Of a stretch of DNA of 40,750 nt, positions 18,993 to 27,901 are shown one piece after another. The position numbers and the translations under genes were made by a program. This stretch comes from Flavobacteriales bacterium (GTDB lineage: Bacteria > Bacteroidota > Bacteroidia > Flavobacteriales_F > PHOS-HE28). Location: positions 1-40,750 of the forward strand of contig JBEICT010000002.1 in the NCBI GenBank assembly GCA_040383865.1, given 5' to 3'. Position 1 is the stretch's first letter. Each line of letters opens with the position of its first letter. The notes beneath the pieces were generated by a model. The model saw only the letters and a list, made by a program, of their open reading frames with translations. It made no database searches and had not been told where the DNA came from.

Positions 18993-19751
18993 GTGGCCCG
19001 ATCCATTCGAATGCCACACCGGACCAGACCCCGCTGGAAGAACCTCAGACCATTGCGTCCAGAGGGTACCGGCCCTGCGTTGGTCTGTGTGCATGGCGAT
19101 GAAGCGAACGAACTGCTTCCGAAACACCTGGACCATGAGCGTCCGTTCTACGCCTTCATTCATCAAGGAAAGGACCGCAAAAAGCTTCATCTCCAACAAG
19201 TGGAGGACATTGCGGCCCACTATCTCCAGGAGCTTTTGGCGGCCAGGCCGCACGGGGAATACGTTCTGTGCGGGTATTCCTTCGGGGGCATCATTGCCTT
19301 TGAAATGGCACAGCAACTGCGGTCCATGGGACGCGAAGTGCCGCTCTTGGCGCTTATCGATGCCTATGCGCCCGACCTCCATGTACAGGCATTGGAAAGT
19401 GACCATAGCTGGCGCTCGAACCTGAAGCATGGACTGATGCTGAAGGTAACGGCACCCTTCATCCGTTTGAACCGCCCCATGCCGGCCAAGCTCCATCACC
19501 ATCATATCATCGGCACTTACGACAAGGCCATCCGCTCCTATAAGCCACGGCCTTACGATGGTCAGGTGATGATCCTGAAGGCAAATGACGCCTGGGGACC
19601 CGATGACCTGGGTTGGACCATACACTCCAAACAACTACTGGACCTTCAGCAGGTACCAGGGGACCATTATTCCGTGATCAAGGAGCCGCACGTCGCCGAA
19701 CTGGCGTTCCACATCGAGGAACGCCTGGCTCGAATTGCGACCACCTGTTAG
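18993..19751 (+). CDS. Free-standing thioesterase (alpha/beta hydrolase), paralog of the TE domain of the preceding NRPS
   Basis: LVCVHGDE, CGYSFGGIIAFEMAQQL and VPGDHYSVIKEP run colinear with the upstream TE domain from RWKNL onward. The start is GTG at 18993 or ATG at 19011. Confidence 0.85.
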   Translation: MARSIRMPHRTRPRWKNLRPLRPEGTGPALVCVHGDEANELLPKHLDHERPFYAFIHQGKDRKKLHLQQVEDIAAHYLQELLAARPHGEYVLCGYSFGGIIAFEMAQQLRSMGREVPLLALIDAYAPDLHVQALESDHSWRSNLKHGLMLKVTAPFIRLNRPMPAKLHHHHIIGTYDKAIRSYKPRPYDGQVMILKANDAWGPDDLGWTIHSKQLLDLQQVPGDHYSVIKEPHVAELAFHIEERLARIATTC

Positions 19752-19771
19752 TTATCCTTACTTCGCAGCGC

Positions 19772-20527
19772 ATGGAAGGGCGGCGCTTGACCTTATACTG
19801 TAGTGATACCGAAGTTGCACGCTGGTCCTCCCCGGCAGCGGTCCATGCAAGCCCGGAACACGTGCAATTGTGGTTCGCCGAACTGAGCGACCACCTGGCC
19901 CAACTGGACCAACTGCGTGAACTGCTCGACAAGGAGGAGGTGGCCCGTGCGGAACGGTTCCGGTTCGAACATGACCGCCAGCGCTTCATCATTGGCCATG
20001 GACTTCTCCGGCAAGTGCTTGCACAGCGTTTGAACGCACGACCAAGTGATATCCGCTTCTCCAGGGGGGCTCATGGCAAACCGTACATCCCGGAGGCCGG
20101 GTTCCACTTCAATTTCAGCGACACCAAGGATGCCATCCTCATCGCCGTTTGCCATGGAGCCGAGTTGGGCGTGGATGTGGAGACCATGGCGCGCACCGTG
20201 GACCACATGGCCGTTGGCGAACACTATTTCACACCGGAAGAGGTGGCGGACATCCATGATACTTCAGACCCCAAGCGACGCTTCCTGGAACTTTGGACGC
20301 GAAAAGAAGCGGTGCTGAAGGCCAGCGGGGTGGGCATCATGGACGACCTGAAAGTGCTGCGTGTGAACACGCCTGAACAGATCGTGGAACCGGCCCATGA
20401 GCAGTTCCGGCGCATGGCCGCAGACCAATACCACCTCCGCACCTGGAGCCTGGGCTCCGACCACATCATCAGCCTGGCCACGTCAATATCAAGACCAGAG
20501 GTCGCATTCCATCCATTGTCCTATTGA
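19772..20527 (+). CDS. Sfp-type 4'-phosphopantetheinyl transferase
   Basis: GKPYI, FNFSDT, GVDVE, WTRKEAVLKA. The track ORF starts at 19613 and overlaps the TE gene; ATG 19772 (MEGRRLTLY) lies 20 nt after the TE stop. Confidence 0.85.
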   Translation: MEGRRLTLYCSDTEVARWSSPAAVHASPEHVQLWFAELSDHLAQLDQLRELLDKEEVARAERFRFEHDRQRFIIGHGLLRQVLAQRLNARPSDIRFSRGAHGKPYIPEAGFHFNFSDTKDAILIAVCHGAELGVDVETMARTVDHMAVGEHYFTPEEVADIHDTSDPKRRFLELWTRKEAVLKASGVGIMDDLKVLRVNTPEQIVEPAHEQFRRMAADQYHLRTWSLGSDHIISLATSISRPEVAFHPLSY

Positions 20528-21958
20528 TCACTCCTCCCCATCGCCCCAGAAGCGCGGGTGGAAATTGAGGAGATACAGGCGCTTGGTGGCACGCGTGACC
20601 GCGGTGTAAAGCCATCTCACATACTCCGTGTCGATCATCTCCTCGGTGACGTACCCCTGGTCCACGAACACGGTGTTCCACTGCCCACCCTGGGCCTTGT
20701 GCGCAGTGACCGCATAGCCGTATTTCACCTGCAGCGCGTTGGCATAAGGGTCCTCGCGCAACATGCGGTACAACTGCCCCTTCGACCTGGCAGGGAAGGT
20801 GGCCATGACCGACTGCTGCAACAACCGTTGCTGAGGACCGGGCAATGCGGGCGACGGTGCCGCCAATACATCGAGCATCACTTTCACCTCCAGTTCGCGC
20901 TCCTCCATGCCGTTCCACCAACGCGCGGTAATGTTGGCGAAGCGAAGACCGAAACGTTCCTCCACGCCATGGACGCGGTCCACGAGCATGGGCTCTCCGT
21001 TGGCGATAAGCTCGGCCTTACCATTGCGACCGGCCCAGAAATAGTTGTTCTTCACCACCATGATCCGGTCGCCCGAACATAGTTCCTCCTGGAACCCATG
21101 GATACGGGCCCGCACTTGCTGGCTGTACTCGAACGCCCGTTTGTTGCTGCGGCACACCAGGCACACCTCGTCGTCCCCGTCCTGGGCATAGGCCGTTTCC
21201 AAGGCGTCCTGCAGGTCGTAGCCATCCACCCGCAGCACATCCTTATACCCGCTCATGAACCGGGGCATGGGTTCCTCCTCCTGTAAGGTGGCCCGCAATG
21301 CCGTGGCGTTCACCAGAATACCCGATGCCTCGGCCTGGCGCACCACATCGGTGAGCTCCACCACACCGGCAGTAAGGCCCAAGGCCCGCAGGTCCTTGAC
21401 ATCCAGCGCGGGGCTATGGTCGGCACCCACGGGAGGCAACTGTGCGGGGTCCCCGATGAGCAGGAGCTTGCAATCCGGTGCGGAGAACACGTGCTCGAAG
21501 AGGTCGCGGAGCAGGTCCCTATCACCAAAGCCGCCCTCTCCCCCGCCGCTGCCGATCATCGACGCCTCGTCCACCACGAAGAGCGCACCGGCATCCTTAT
21601 TGGGGGCCAGTCCGGGACGGGCCCAACCATCGTCCTCATCGGCACTAACCCGATAGATGCGCCGGTGGATGGTGCTGGCCGAAGCCTGGGCGTATGCACC
21701 GAGCACTTTGGCGGCCCTGCCGGTGGGTGCCAGCAGTACCACCCGCCTGCGCTGCCGGGCAAGCACCCGCACCAAGGCCCCGACCACTGTGGTCTTCCCC
21801 GTTCCCGCATAACCCTTGAGGACCAGTGTGGCCTGTGGCCTGTCGGTGGCCAGCAGGCGGTTCAGGGCATCGGCGGCCCGGCGCTGGCCGTCGGTGGGCG
21901 GGTGACCCAGGGCCTCCAACAGCCGATCGGCAAGGCTTTCGACGGCGGGGGCGGACAT
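20528..21958 (-). CDS. RecD-like (superfamily 1) ATP-dependent DNA helicase
   Basis: Walker A GYAGTGKTTVV, Walker B FVVDEASMI, LLIGDPAQLPPV, YAVTAHKAQGGQWNTVFV. The track ORF extends to 22153 and would overlap the next gene, so ATG at 21956-21958 (MSAPAVESL) is preferred. Confidence 0.85.
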   Translation of the reverse strand: MSAPAVESLADRLLEALGHPPTDGQRRAADALNRLLATDRPQATLVLKGYAGTGKTTVVGALVRVLARQRRRVVLLAPTGRAAKVLGAYAQASASTIHRRIYRVSADEDDGWARPGLAPNKDAGALFVVDEASMIGSGGGEGGFGDRDLLRDLFEHVFSAPDCKLLLIGDPAQLPPVGADHSPALDVKDLRALGLTAGVVELTDVVRQAEASGILVNATALRATLQEEEPMPRFMSGYKDVLRVDGYDLQDALETAYAQDGDDEVCLVCRSNKRAFEYSQQVRARIHGFQEELCSGDRIMVVKNNYFWAGRNGKAELIANGEPMLVDRVHGVEERFGLRFANITARWWNGMEERELEVKVMLDVLAAPSPALPGPQQRLLQQSVMATFPARSKGQLYRMLREDPYANALQVKYGYAVTAHKAQGGQWNTVFVDQGYVTEEMIDTEYVRWLYTAVTRATKRLYLLNFHPRFWGDGEE

Positions 21959-22030
21959 GGATGGGAGCAGGGATCGGGGAACGGACGAGCGGAAGCAGGC
22001 AACGCCCTGATGAAGGGGTGAAATTACTCT

Positions 22031-22038
22031 TACTTTTG
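22031..22038 (+). promoter_or_regulatory. Candidate -7 box TACTTTTG
   Basis: Fits TAnnTTTG and ends 34 nt before ATG 22073. Confidence 0.35.
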
Positions 22039-22072
22039 GCCGCCTCGGAACACGACCGAGCACCCCAGAACG

Positions 22073-22825
22073 ATGAAGAACCTGATGAATTACATCTTCC
22101 CGCTGGCCTTGATCCTGATCGGTCTGATCCTGCTCGTAGTGGGCGGCATGCAAGGCCAGAACACCTGGGTGATGCTGGGTGCCGGACTGGCCCTGTTCGC
22201 CGGTGTGGTGGCACTACTTCTCCAAATGGGCGTCATCAGCCGCTCGGCCGGGCTCGCCATTGGCCTGCTATCCGCTGTGATCGCCGTGTTCGTGGGCTAC
22301 CGCAACTATCGCTCGATCGCCGAAGTGCTGGAGAACGAGGAGAAGCGCAAGAAGAACGACAGCCAGGTCATCCAGGCCTTGAAGGATATCCGCACGGCCG
22401 AGATCGGCTACCGCCAGGCCACCGGCGCCTTCACCGGCAACCTGGACGTGTTGCGCGACTTCGTGAAGAACGGCAGCATCCCCATGGTACGTTCCATCGG
22501 CCAGGTGCCCGATTCGCTGACCGAAAAGGACGCTCTTGCCTTGAAGATCATCGTGCGCGACACGATCATGGCACCGGCGCTGGACTCGTTGTTCCGCACC
22601 GCCAGTGCGATGGAAGGTCGCGTGTATCCCTTCGACCCGGAGAAACTGACGTTGGCCCCCACCTCAGGCAAGCCGTTCATCTTACGGAACGGTGCGATCA
22701 GTTCCAGTGGCCGCAACGTGCCCGTGTTCATTGCGAAGGACCCCCAGCCCTTCCCCGGCACGGACACGCTGATGGTGGGCAGCATGGAAAAGGCCTCCAC
22801 GGCGGGGAACTGGAAAGGGGAGTAA
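22073..22825 (+). CDS. Hypothetical membrane protein (three N-terminal hydrophobic helices)
   Basis: LALILIGLILLVVGG, VMLGAGLALFAGVVALLL and GLAIGLLSAVIAVFVGY, followed by a soluble domain. No motif recognised. Confidence 0.6.
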   Translation: MKNLMNYIFPLALILIGLILLVVGGMQGQNTWVMLGAGLALFAGVVALLLQMGVISRSAGLAIGLLSAVIAVFVGYRNYRSIAEVLENEEKRKKNDSQVIQALKDIRTAEIGYRQATGAFTGNLDVLRDFVKNGSIPMVRSIGQVPDSLTEKDALALKIIVRDTIMAPALDSLFRTASAMEGRVYPFDPEKLTLAPTSGKPFILRNGAISSSGRNVPVFIAKDPQPFPGTDTLMVGSMEKASTAGNWKGE

Positions 22826-22829
22826 TTCC

Positions 22830-23630
22830 ATGGAGCGCGGCAGTTTGTCCGCATCCCGGTACGATCCCGGGCGGCCCAAGGCCCATCACCTGAGCGTGTT
22901 GAGCGCATTAGGGGTCACGGCATGGGCCGTTCAAGGCATCGAGCGCGGTGATCTGCTTGCCCTGCATTGGTCCACGGGGGCTGATGTGCTGAACGATCCG
23001 GCGCTTCCCCTGCACCCGGTCAGTGTCTCCTTCATCACCCTTCCGGAATGGAGCACCATGGTGCCCGAAGGCGTGCTTGAACCCGGGACCGAGGCGACCC
23101 ACCTGGCCTTGGTGCATGGTGGCCTGCCGAGCGGGGCCATGCGCGATGAGCCCGTGCGTAGCCTGGGTGCCAAGTGCATTTATGTACACGACGATGTGAC
23201 CGAACGTGCCGTGCTGGAGCGCTTGCCCAGTGCCCGCGCGCTGCCGATGCAGGGCCTGATGGTGCGGGGCGCCATTGCCCGCTCGCATGAAGGACCCGTG
23301 GCATTGATACACCGCAGCACCGATCGTGTGGACGTGGCCATTGCCGACCATGGACGTGTGCTGTTGAGCAACACGTTCCCGGCGCGTACCGGACAGGACC
23401 TCCTTTACTTCACACTCCTGGCCTTGGAACAGTGCGGCCTTTCCCCCAAGGGGACCACGGTGTACATGAGCGGCACCCACCTCTCCGATGGCGAAAGGAA
23501 CCTCCTGGGCCGATTCCTGGACCGCATGCTTCCGGCCATGGACGACCTGCCGAATGACCTCGGTGCCACCGAGGTTGTAAAAGGTGACCGCTGGCTCGCC
23601 CTGCTGGAACAGTTCGCATGCGTATCGTAG
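22830..23630 (+). CDS. DUF3822-like protein
   Basis: Position directly upstream of, and overlapping, rsmD-coaD, as in many Bacteroidota. HLSVLSALGVTAWAV resembles the family N-terminal pattern. Assignment is from memory only. Confidence 0.5.
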   Translation: MERGSLSASRYDPGRPKAHHLSVLSALGVTAWAVQGIERGDLLALHWSTGADVLNDPALPLHPVSVSFITLPEWSTMVPEGVLEPGTEATHLALVHGGLPSGAMRDEPVRSLGAKCIYVHDDVTERAVLERLPSARALPMQGLMVRGAIARSHEGPVALIHRSTDRVDVAIADHGRVLLSNTFPARTGQDLLYFTLLALEQCGLSPKGTTVYMSGTHLSDGERNLLGRFLDRMLPAMDDLPNDLGATEVVKGDRWLALLEQFACVS

Positions 23631-24178
23631 GCGGCAAATACCGCAATCGCCGGCTGCATCCGCCGCGCGAGATCGCCGCAAGGCCCACCACCGATTTCGC
23701 GAAGGAAGGACTGTTCAATGTGCTGCAGCACAGCACCCCGCTGGAAGGCATACGGGTACTGGACCTCTTCGCCGGAACAGGAAACATCTCGCTCGAGTTC
23801 CTTTCGCGTGGTGCGGCCGATGTGGTCTCCGTGGACCAGGACCGCGTGCTCTTCCAGTTCATGCAGCGCATGGCCCGCGAACTGAACGAGACCCACTGGC
23901 GCATGGTGAAGCAGGACGTGTTCACCTTCCTGAACAGCCACCGCGGACGGTACGACATCGTATTCGCCGACCCCCCCTTCCACATGGAAGGCATTGAACG
24001 GATCCCTATCTTGGTGTTCAATGCCGGGCTGTTGGGCACGGACGGAACACTGATCGTGGAACACCAGGAGAAGCTGGACCTGAGCCACCTGCCCGGCTAC
24101 CAGCGTACCCGGTCCTACGGTCTGGTGCAGTTCAGCTTCTTCGCCCCACCGGCACCGGCCAGCCCCCCGAACCCATGA
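23618..24178 (+). CDS. rsmD: 16S rRNA (guanine966-N2)-methyltransferase
   Basis: MRIVGGKYRNRRL, RPTTDFAKEGLFNVL, LDLFAGTGNISLEFLSRGA, VFADPPF. Confidence 0.9.
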   Translation: MRIVGGKYRNRRLHPPREIAARPTTDFAKEGLFNVLQHSTPLEGIRVLDLFAGTGNISLEFLSRGAADVVSVDQDRVLFQFMQRMARELNETHWRMVKQDVFTFLNSHRGRYDIVFADPPFHMEGIERIPILVFNAGLLGTDGTLIVEHQEKLDLSHLPGYQRTRSYGLVQFSFFAPPAPASPPNP

Positions 24179-24639
24179 GCAGCCCCATCGCGGTATTCCC
24201 CGGCACCTTCGACCCGATCACCATCGGCCACGTGTCCATTGTGCAGCGTGCACTGCCCCTGTTCAGCAAGGTGATCGTGGGCATGGGCGTGAACACCACC
24301 AAGCAGACCATGTTCGACGTGGAGCAGCGCCTGGCGTGGATCAGGCACGCGTTCGCCGGTGATGCACGCGTGGAGGCCATGGCCTTCGAGGGCCTCACGG
24401 TGGACCTCTGCAAACGCATGGGCGCAGGCTTCATCCTCCGCGGACTGCGCAACAGCACCGACCATGGCTACGAGCGTAGCATCGCCCTGATGAACCGCCA
24501 ACTGGCCGGTGTGGAGACCATCTTCCTGCCATCGGCACCCGAACATGCGCACATCAGCAGCACCATTGTGCGCGAGCTGATCGCCAATAAGGCCGACGTT
24601 TCGGCGTTGGTCCCCATGGACCTACGCCCTGCACGCTGA
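24175..24639 (+). CDS. coaD: Phosphopantetheine adenylyltransferase
   Basis: IAVFPGTFDPITIGHVSIVQRA, ISSTIVRE. ATGA overlap with rsmD. Confidence 0.92.
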   Translation: MSSPIAVFPGTFDPITIGHVSIVQRALPLFSKVIVGMGVNTTKQTMFDVEQRLAWIRHAFAGDARVEAMAFEGLTVDLCKRMGAGFILRGLRNSTDHGYERSIALMNRQLAGVETIFLPSAPEHAHISSTIVRELIANKADVSALVPMDLRPAR

Positions 24640-26144
24640 TGAGGCGCTTTCTGCTGCTGACCCTGATCGTACTGCCCCTCGCGCTGTGCGCCGGCAACTT
24701 CACGATCACGTTGCAGGCACCCGCCTACAGCGGCCAGGTGGCGCGGCTTTATCGCTACGACGACCTTTTCACCTTACGCACGGTACGGATCGCGGAAATG
24801 CCGATCGGCGATGACGGCACCGCCACGCTGAACGCCGACCTCCAGGGCGTGACCAAAATGCAGTTGCGCATTGGTGATGTGAGCGGCGACCTGTTCGCGC
24901 GGCCCGGCACCACATTGAACATCCTGTTCCCCCTGCCCGCCACACGCACTGCGCGTAGCCTGGGCAAAACCACCCTCGTGGACCTCGAGTTCCGCGACCT
25001 GGATGCCCTGGATCTCAACGCGCTGGCCACCGACCTCAACGAGCGCGTGGACGCCTTCATTGCCGAGGACCTGGCCACCGACCAGGCCGCCGGCATGCAG
25101 GCCGTGGGCGTGCGCCGCAGCAGCGATGCACCGCCTGACACCGCAGCACCCGCTCGGCCCGCAACGCTCTTTGTAACCCCGGTGCTGAGCCAGGCCCGTG
25201 CGGACAGCTTCGAGCTGAAGCTGCGGCGCTTCTACGCCGAAGTGAAGGACCCGTGGTTCGCGCATTACCTGGACAACAGCATGGCCGGCCTGCACCAGGG
25301 CACGCACGTGAACGACAAGACCACCTACGAGCGCTGGATCAAGGGGCGGCCCATCCACTACGACGACCCCGAGCAAGTGCGTTTCCTGCGCAGCTTCTTC
25401 GCCGACCTGCTGCCCGCATACGTGGTGCGTTACCATGATGCAGCGTTGAACAAGGCGATGGCCGAACGCAACGCCGACAGCCTGAAGGCCATTTTCGCCA
25501 AGCACGACTTCCTAAAGGACAACGACCGCCTGTGCGAACTGGTGGCCATGGACCAGCTCTACCTGAACTTCCACGCCAAGTACCTGAGCAAAGGCGCCGT
25601 GAAAGAGATGCTGTCGACGTGGTCCACTTCATCGGCATACCCGGAGCACCGACGCATGGCCGCGAACATGTTGTGGGACCGCACCACCATGCTGCCCGGC
25701 AGTCGCATGCCAGCGATGCTGCTGGAGAACGAACGCGGCCAACGGGTAGACCTCGACAGCCTGCTGAACGGACCAGTGTGCCTGGTGATCACGGCCAGCT
25801 GGTGCACCTACTGCGAACTGGAGATGGCCGGACTGGAGCAACTGCAACAGACCTACAAGGACCACGTCCGCATCATCGCCATAAGCCTGGACAGCACGCT
25901 GGCCGCACTGCGCTCCTACCGCAAGGCCCACCCGGGGCAGGAGTTCCTCTGGTTGCACGCACAGGCCGAACAGCAATTGCGCGAGGACCTCCGCCTGCGC
26001 AGCCTGCCCACCTTTTACATGCTGAACGATGGCGTGCTGGCCCACTCGCCTGCGCCCTTGCCCAGCAAAGGCCTGGGGGCCTTGTTCCAACAGGTGAAAG
26101 CGGCCACCGAACGCGACGGCCGCATCAAGGTCTGGGACGATTAA
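24639..26144 (+). CDS. Secreted thioredoxin-fold (TlpA/redoxin-like) protein with long N-terminal domain
   Basis: Signal peptide MRRFLLLTLIVLPLALCAG. C-terminal VCLVITASWCTYCELEM (CxxC) in a thioredoxin-like context. Confidence 0.7.
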   Translation: MRRFLLLTLIVLPLALCAGNFTITLQAPAYSGQVARLYRYDDLFTLRTVRIAEMPIGDDGTATLNADLQGVTKMQLRIGDVSGDLFARPGTTLNILFPLPATRTARSLGKTTLVDLEFRDLDALDLNALATDLNERVDAFIAEDLATDQAAGMQAVGVRRSSDAPPDTAAPARPATLFVTPVLSQARADSFELKLRRFYAEVKDPWFAHYLDNSMAGLHQGTHVNDKTTYERWIKGRPIHYDDPEQVRFLRSFFADLLPAYVVRYHDAALNKAMAERNADSLKAIFAKHDFLKDNDRLCELVAMDQLYLNFHAKYLSKGAVKEMLSTWSTSSAYPEHRRMAANMLWDRTTMLPGSRMPAMLLENERGQRVDLDSLLNGPVCLVITASWCTYCELEMAGLEQLQQTYKDHVRIIAISLDSTLAALRSYRKAHPGQEFLWLHAQAEQQLREDLRLRSLPTFYMLNDGVLAHSPAPLPSKGLGALFQQVKAATERDGRIKVWDD

Positions 26145-26773
26145 CCGCCCTGCCTCGCCTCCCACGCCTGCACCACCGGCAACAGCGAGGGATAGGTATC
26201 CGCCTTCATCGCCTGCACCTCAGCCGTGGTCATCCAACGGACCTCCTCAATGTCCTCCTCGTGCTGCGGCACCAGCGCTTCTGCCGAAGAACCGCGCATC
26301 AGGTACCAGTCGGTGCGTTTCAGGTGCTGGTGCCCCTTGCGTTCGTAGGTGTGCCAGGTGCAGGGCAGTTCACCGGTAATGCGCAGCTCGTTCAGGCCGC
26401 ACTCTTCGTTCACTTCGCGCAGCGCTGCCTCCGGAATGCCTTCGCCGGGGTCCACTTTGCCCTTCGGAAGGTCCCAGGTGCCGAGGCGCCGGATCACCAA
26501 CAAACGGCCCTGTTCATCGGTAACGGCACCACCCGCCGCCTGCACGAAAAGGTAGTCCGCGCGAAAGGCGCCCCAGATGTCCTTGAGCGGTAGGCCGTGG
26601 ACGAAAAGTCCCTGGATGTCCGTTGTTTGCACGAAGGACCGTACGGCCTCCTGTAGTTCGGCCAGTGCATCGATACGCAGCAGCAGCCACTGGTCCGGCA
26701 GCGACGCATCGGGCGGCGCATCGGCGATCACCAACGGCCTGCCCTCCATGTAAACATCATACCTTCGTGCCAT
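26141..26773 (-). CDS. NUDIX hydrolase
   Basis: Nudix box GKVDPGEGIPEAALREVNEECGL. The start is ambiguous: 26836, 26773 or 26749. The longest start would overlap pyrE divergently. Confidence 0.8.
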   Translation of the reverse strand: MARRYDVYMEGRPLVIADAPPDASLPDQWLLLRIDALAELQEAVRSFVQTTDIQGLFVHGLPLKDIWGAFRADYLFVQAAGGAVTDEQGRLLVIRRLGTWDLPKGKVDPGEGIPEAALREVNEECGLNELRITGELPCTWHTYERKGHQHLKRTDWYLMRGSSAEALVPQHEEDIEEVRWMTTAEVQAMKADTYPSLLPVVQAWEARQGG

Positions 26774-27425
26774 GCCTTCCCAGCTCGATCCCGCGCTCAA
26801 AGTTGCTGAATTCCTCCTCCAGATCAAGGCCGTCAAACTTAGCCCGAAGAAGCCCTATACCTGGGCCTCCGGATGGAAAAGCCCGATCTACTGCGACAAT
26901 CGCAAGACCCTCTCCTACCCGGCGGTGCGCACCTTCATCCGCCAGCAGTTCGTGCATGTGATCAACAGTGAGTTCGGCCGGCCGGACATGATCGCCGGCG
27001 TGGCCACGGGCGGTATTGCGCACGGTGCACTGGTGGCGCACGACATGGGGCTCCCCTTCATCTACGTGCGCAGCGATGCCAAAGGCCATGGCCTGCAGAA
27101 CCAGGTGGAGGGCGACCTCACCGTGGGACGAAGTGTGGTGGTGGTGGAGGACCTGGTGAGCACCGGCAAGAGCAGCTTGAACGCCGTGCAGGCCCTGCGC
27201 GATGCGGGCTGCGAAGTGAAAGGCATGGTGAGCATCTTCACCTATGGCTTCGACGAGGCCGCCAAGGCCTTCGCCAAGGAAAAGGTGACGCTACGCTCGC
27301 TCACGAACTACAGCGTGCTGCTGGACCAGGCCCTGCGCAGCGACTACATCACCGAAAAGGACCTGTTGCCCTTGAACGAGTGGCGCAAGGACCCTGCGGG
27401 TTGGGGCGTGGCGAGCAAGGTGTGA
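26772..27425 (+). CDS. pyrE: Orotate phosphoribosyltransferase
   Basis: PYTWASGWKSPIYCDNR, VVVVEDLVSTGKSS (PRPP loop). Confidence 0.92.
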   Translation: MPSQLDPALKVAEFLLQIKAVKLSPKKPYTWASGWKSPIYCDNRKTLSYPAVRTFIRQQFVHVINSEFGRPDMIAGVATGGIAHGALVAHDMGLPFIYVRSDAKGHGLQNQVEGDLTVGRSVVVVEDLVSTGKSSLNAVQALRDAGCEVKGMVSIFTYGFDEAAKAFAKEKVTLRSLTNYSVLLDQALRSDYITEKDLLPLNEWRKDPAGWGVASKV

Positions 27426-27495
27426 ACGGACAGTGGGCCCTTCGACAGGCTCAGGGCAAGCATAGGAAAGTGGCTTGATACAGATCGCGTAACGC

Positions 27496-27897
27496 ATGAC
27501 CATCATCGAGAGCAAACAGGTGCAGATCGCCAAACCGGCGGCAGAGCTGTACACCTTCCTTCAGGACATGAACAACTTCCAGCAGCTGTTGCCGCAGGAC
27601 CGTATCAGCGAGTGGAAGAGCGACGGACGTTCCTGCTCCTTCAAGGTGCAGGGTGCGGCCACCATCGGCCTGGAACTGGTGGGCGGCGAGGCCCCCGGCC
27701 ATGTGGTGATGAAGGCCACCGACCGCAGTCCGTTCCCTTTTACGCTGGACGTGTTCCTGAAAGAGGAAGGGGGCGTGACCACGGCATGGCAGGAGTTCAA
27801 GGGCGACATCAACCCCTTCATCAAGATGATGGTGGAGAAGCCGCTGAAGAACCTGTTCGACCACATCGCCGACAAGATGAAGGCGGTGCATGGGTGA
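27496..27897 (+). CDS. SRPBCC/START-like small protein
   Basis: 133 aa, with an N-terminal IESKQVQIAKPAAELYTFLQDMNNFQQLLP pattern typical of the fold. Assignment is weak. Confidence 0.5.
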   Translation: MTIIESKQVQIAKPAAELYTFLQDMNNFQQLLPQDRISEWKSDGRSCSFKVQGAATIGLELVGGEAPGHVVMKATDRSPFPFTLDVFLKEEGGVTTAWQEFKGDINPFIKMMVEKPLKNLFDHIADKMKAVHG

Positions 27898-27901
27898 GGT
27901 G

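Noticed and set aside
17898-19634. 578-aa minus-strand ORF, and similar long antisense ORFs (8757..9860, 11985..12866, 13734..14648, 31784..32944, 32905..33948, 33960..35081, 38490..39542)
   Set aside because: Each lies opposite a gene with strong motif support (NRPS/PKS, TE, GT2, tgt, LptF/G, acr3). Each shows the Arg/His/Gly/Ala-rich composition of antisense frames and has no recognisable domain.
21959-22153. Long 5' extensions of track ORFs (helicase to 22153, sigma to 32000, tgt from 32761, PPTase from 19613, TSUP from 39275, acr3 from 37917, adhesin TTG 8167)
   Set aside because: The extensions overlap neighbouring genes or encode Arg/Pro/Gly-rich junk. Internal ATG codons give N-termini that match the family patterns (MSAPAVESL, MEVNENL, MEFKLIGHD, MEGRRL, MDASYLL, MSDSTPTIG, MLKHSRP).
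27426-27495. Hairpin GCCCT-N11-AGGGC after pyrE as a terminator or REP copy
   Set aside because: It has only a 5-bp stem with a large loop, occurs as a single copy in the window, and has no T-tract. That is too weak to call.
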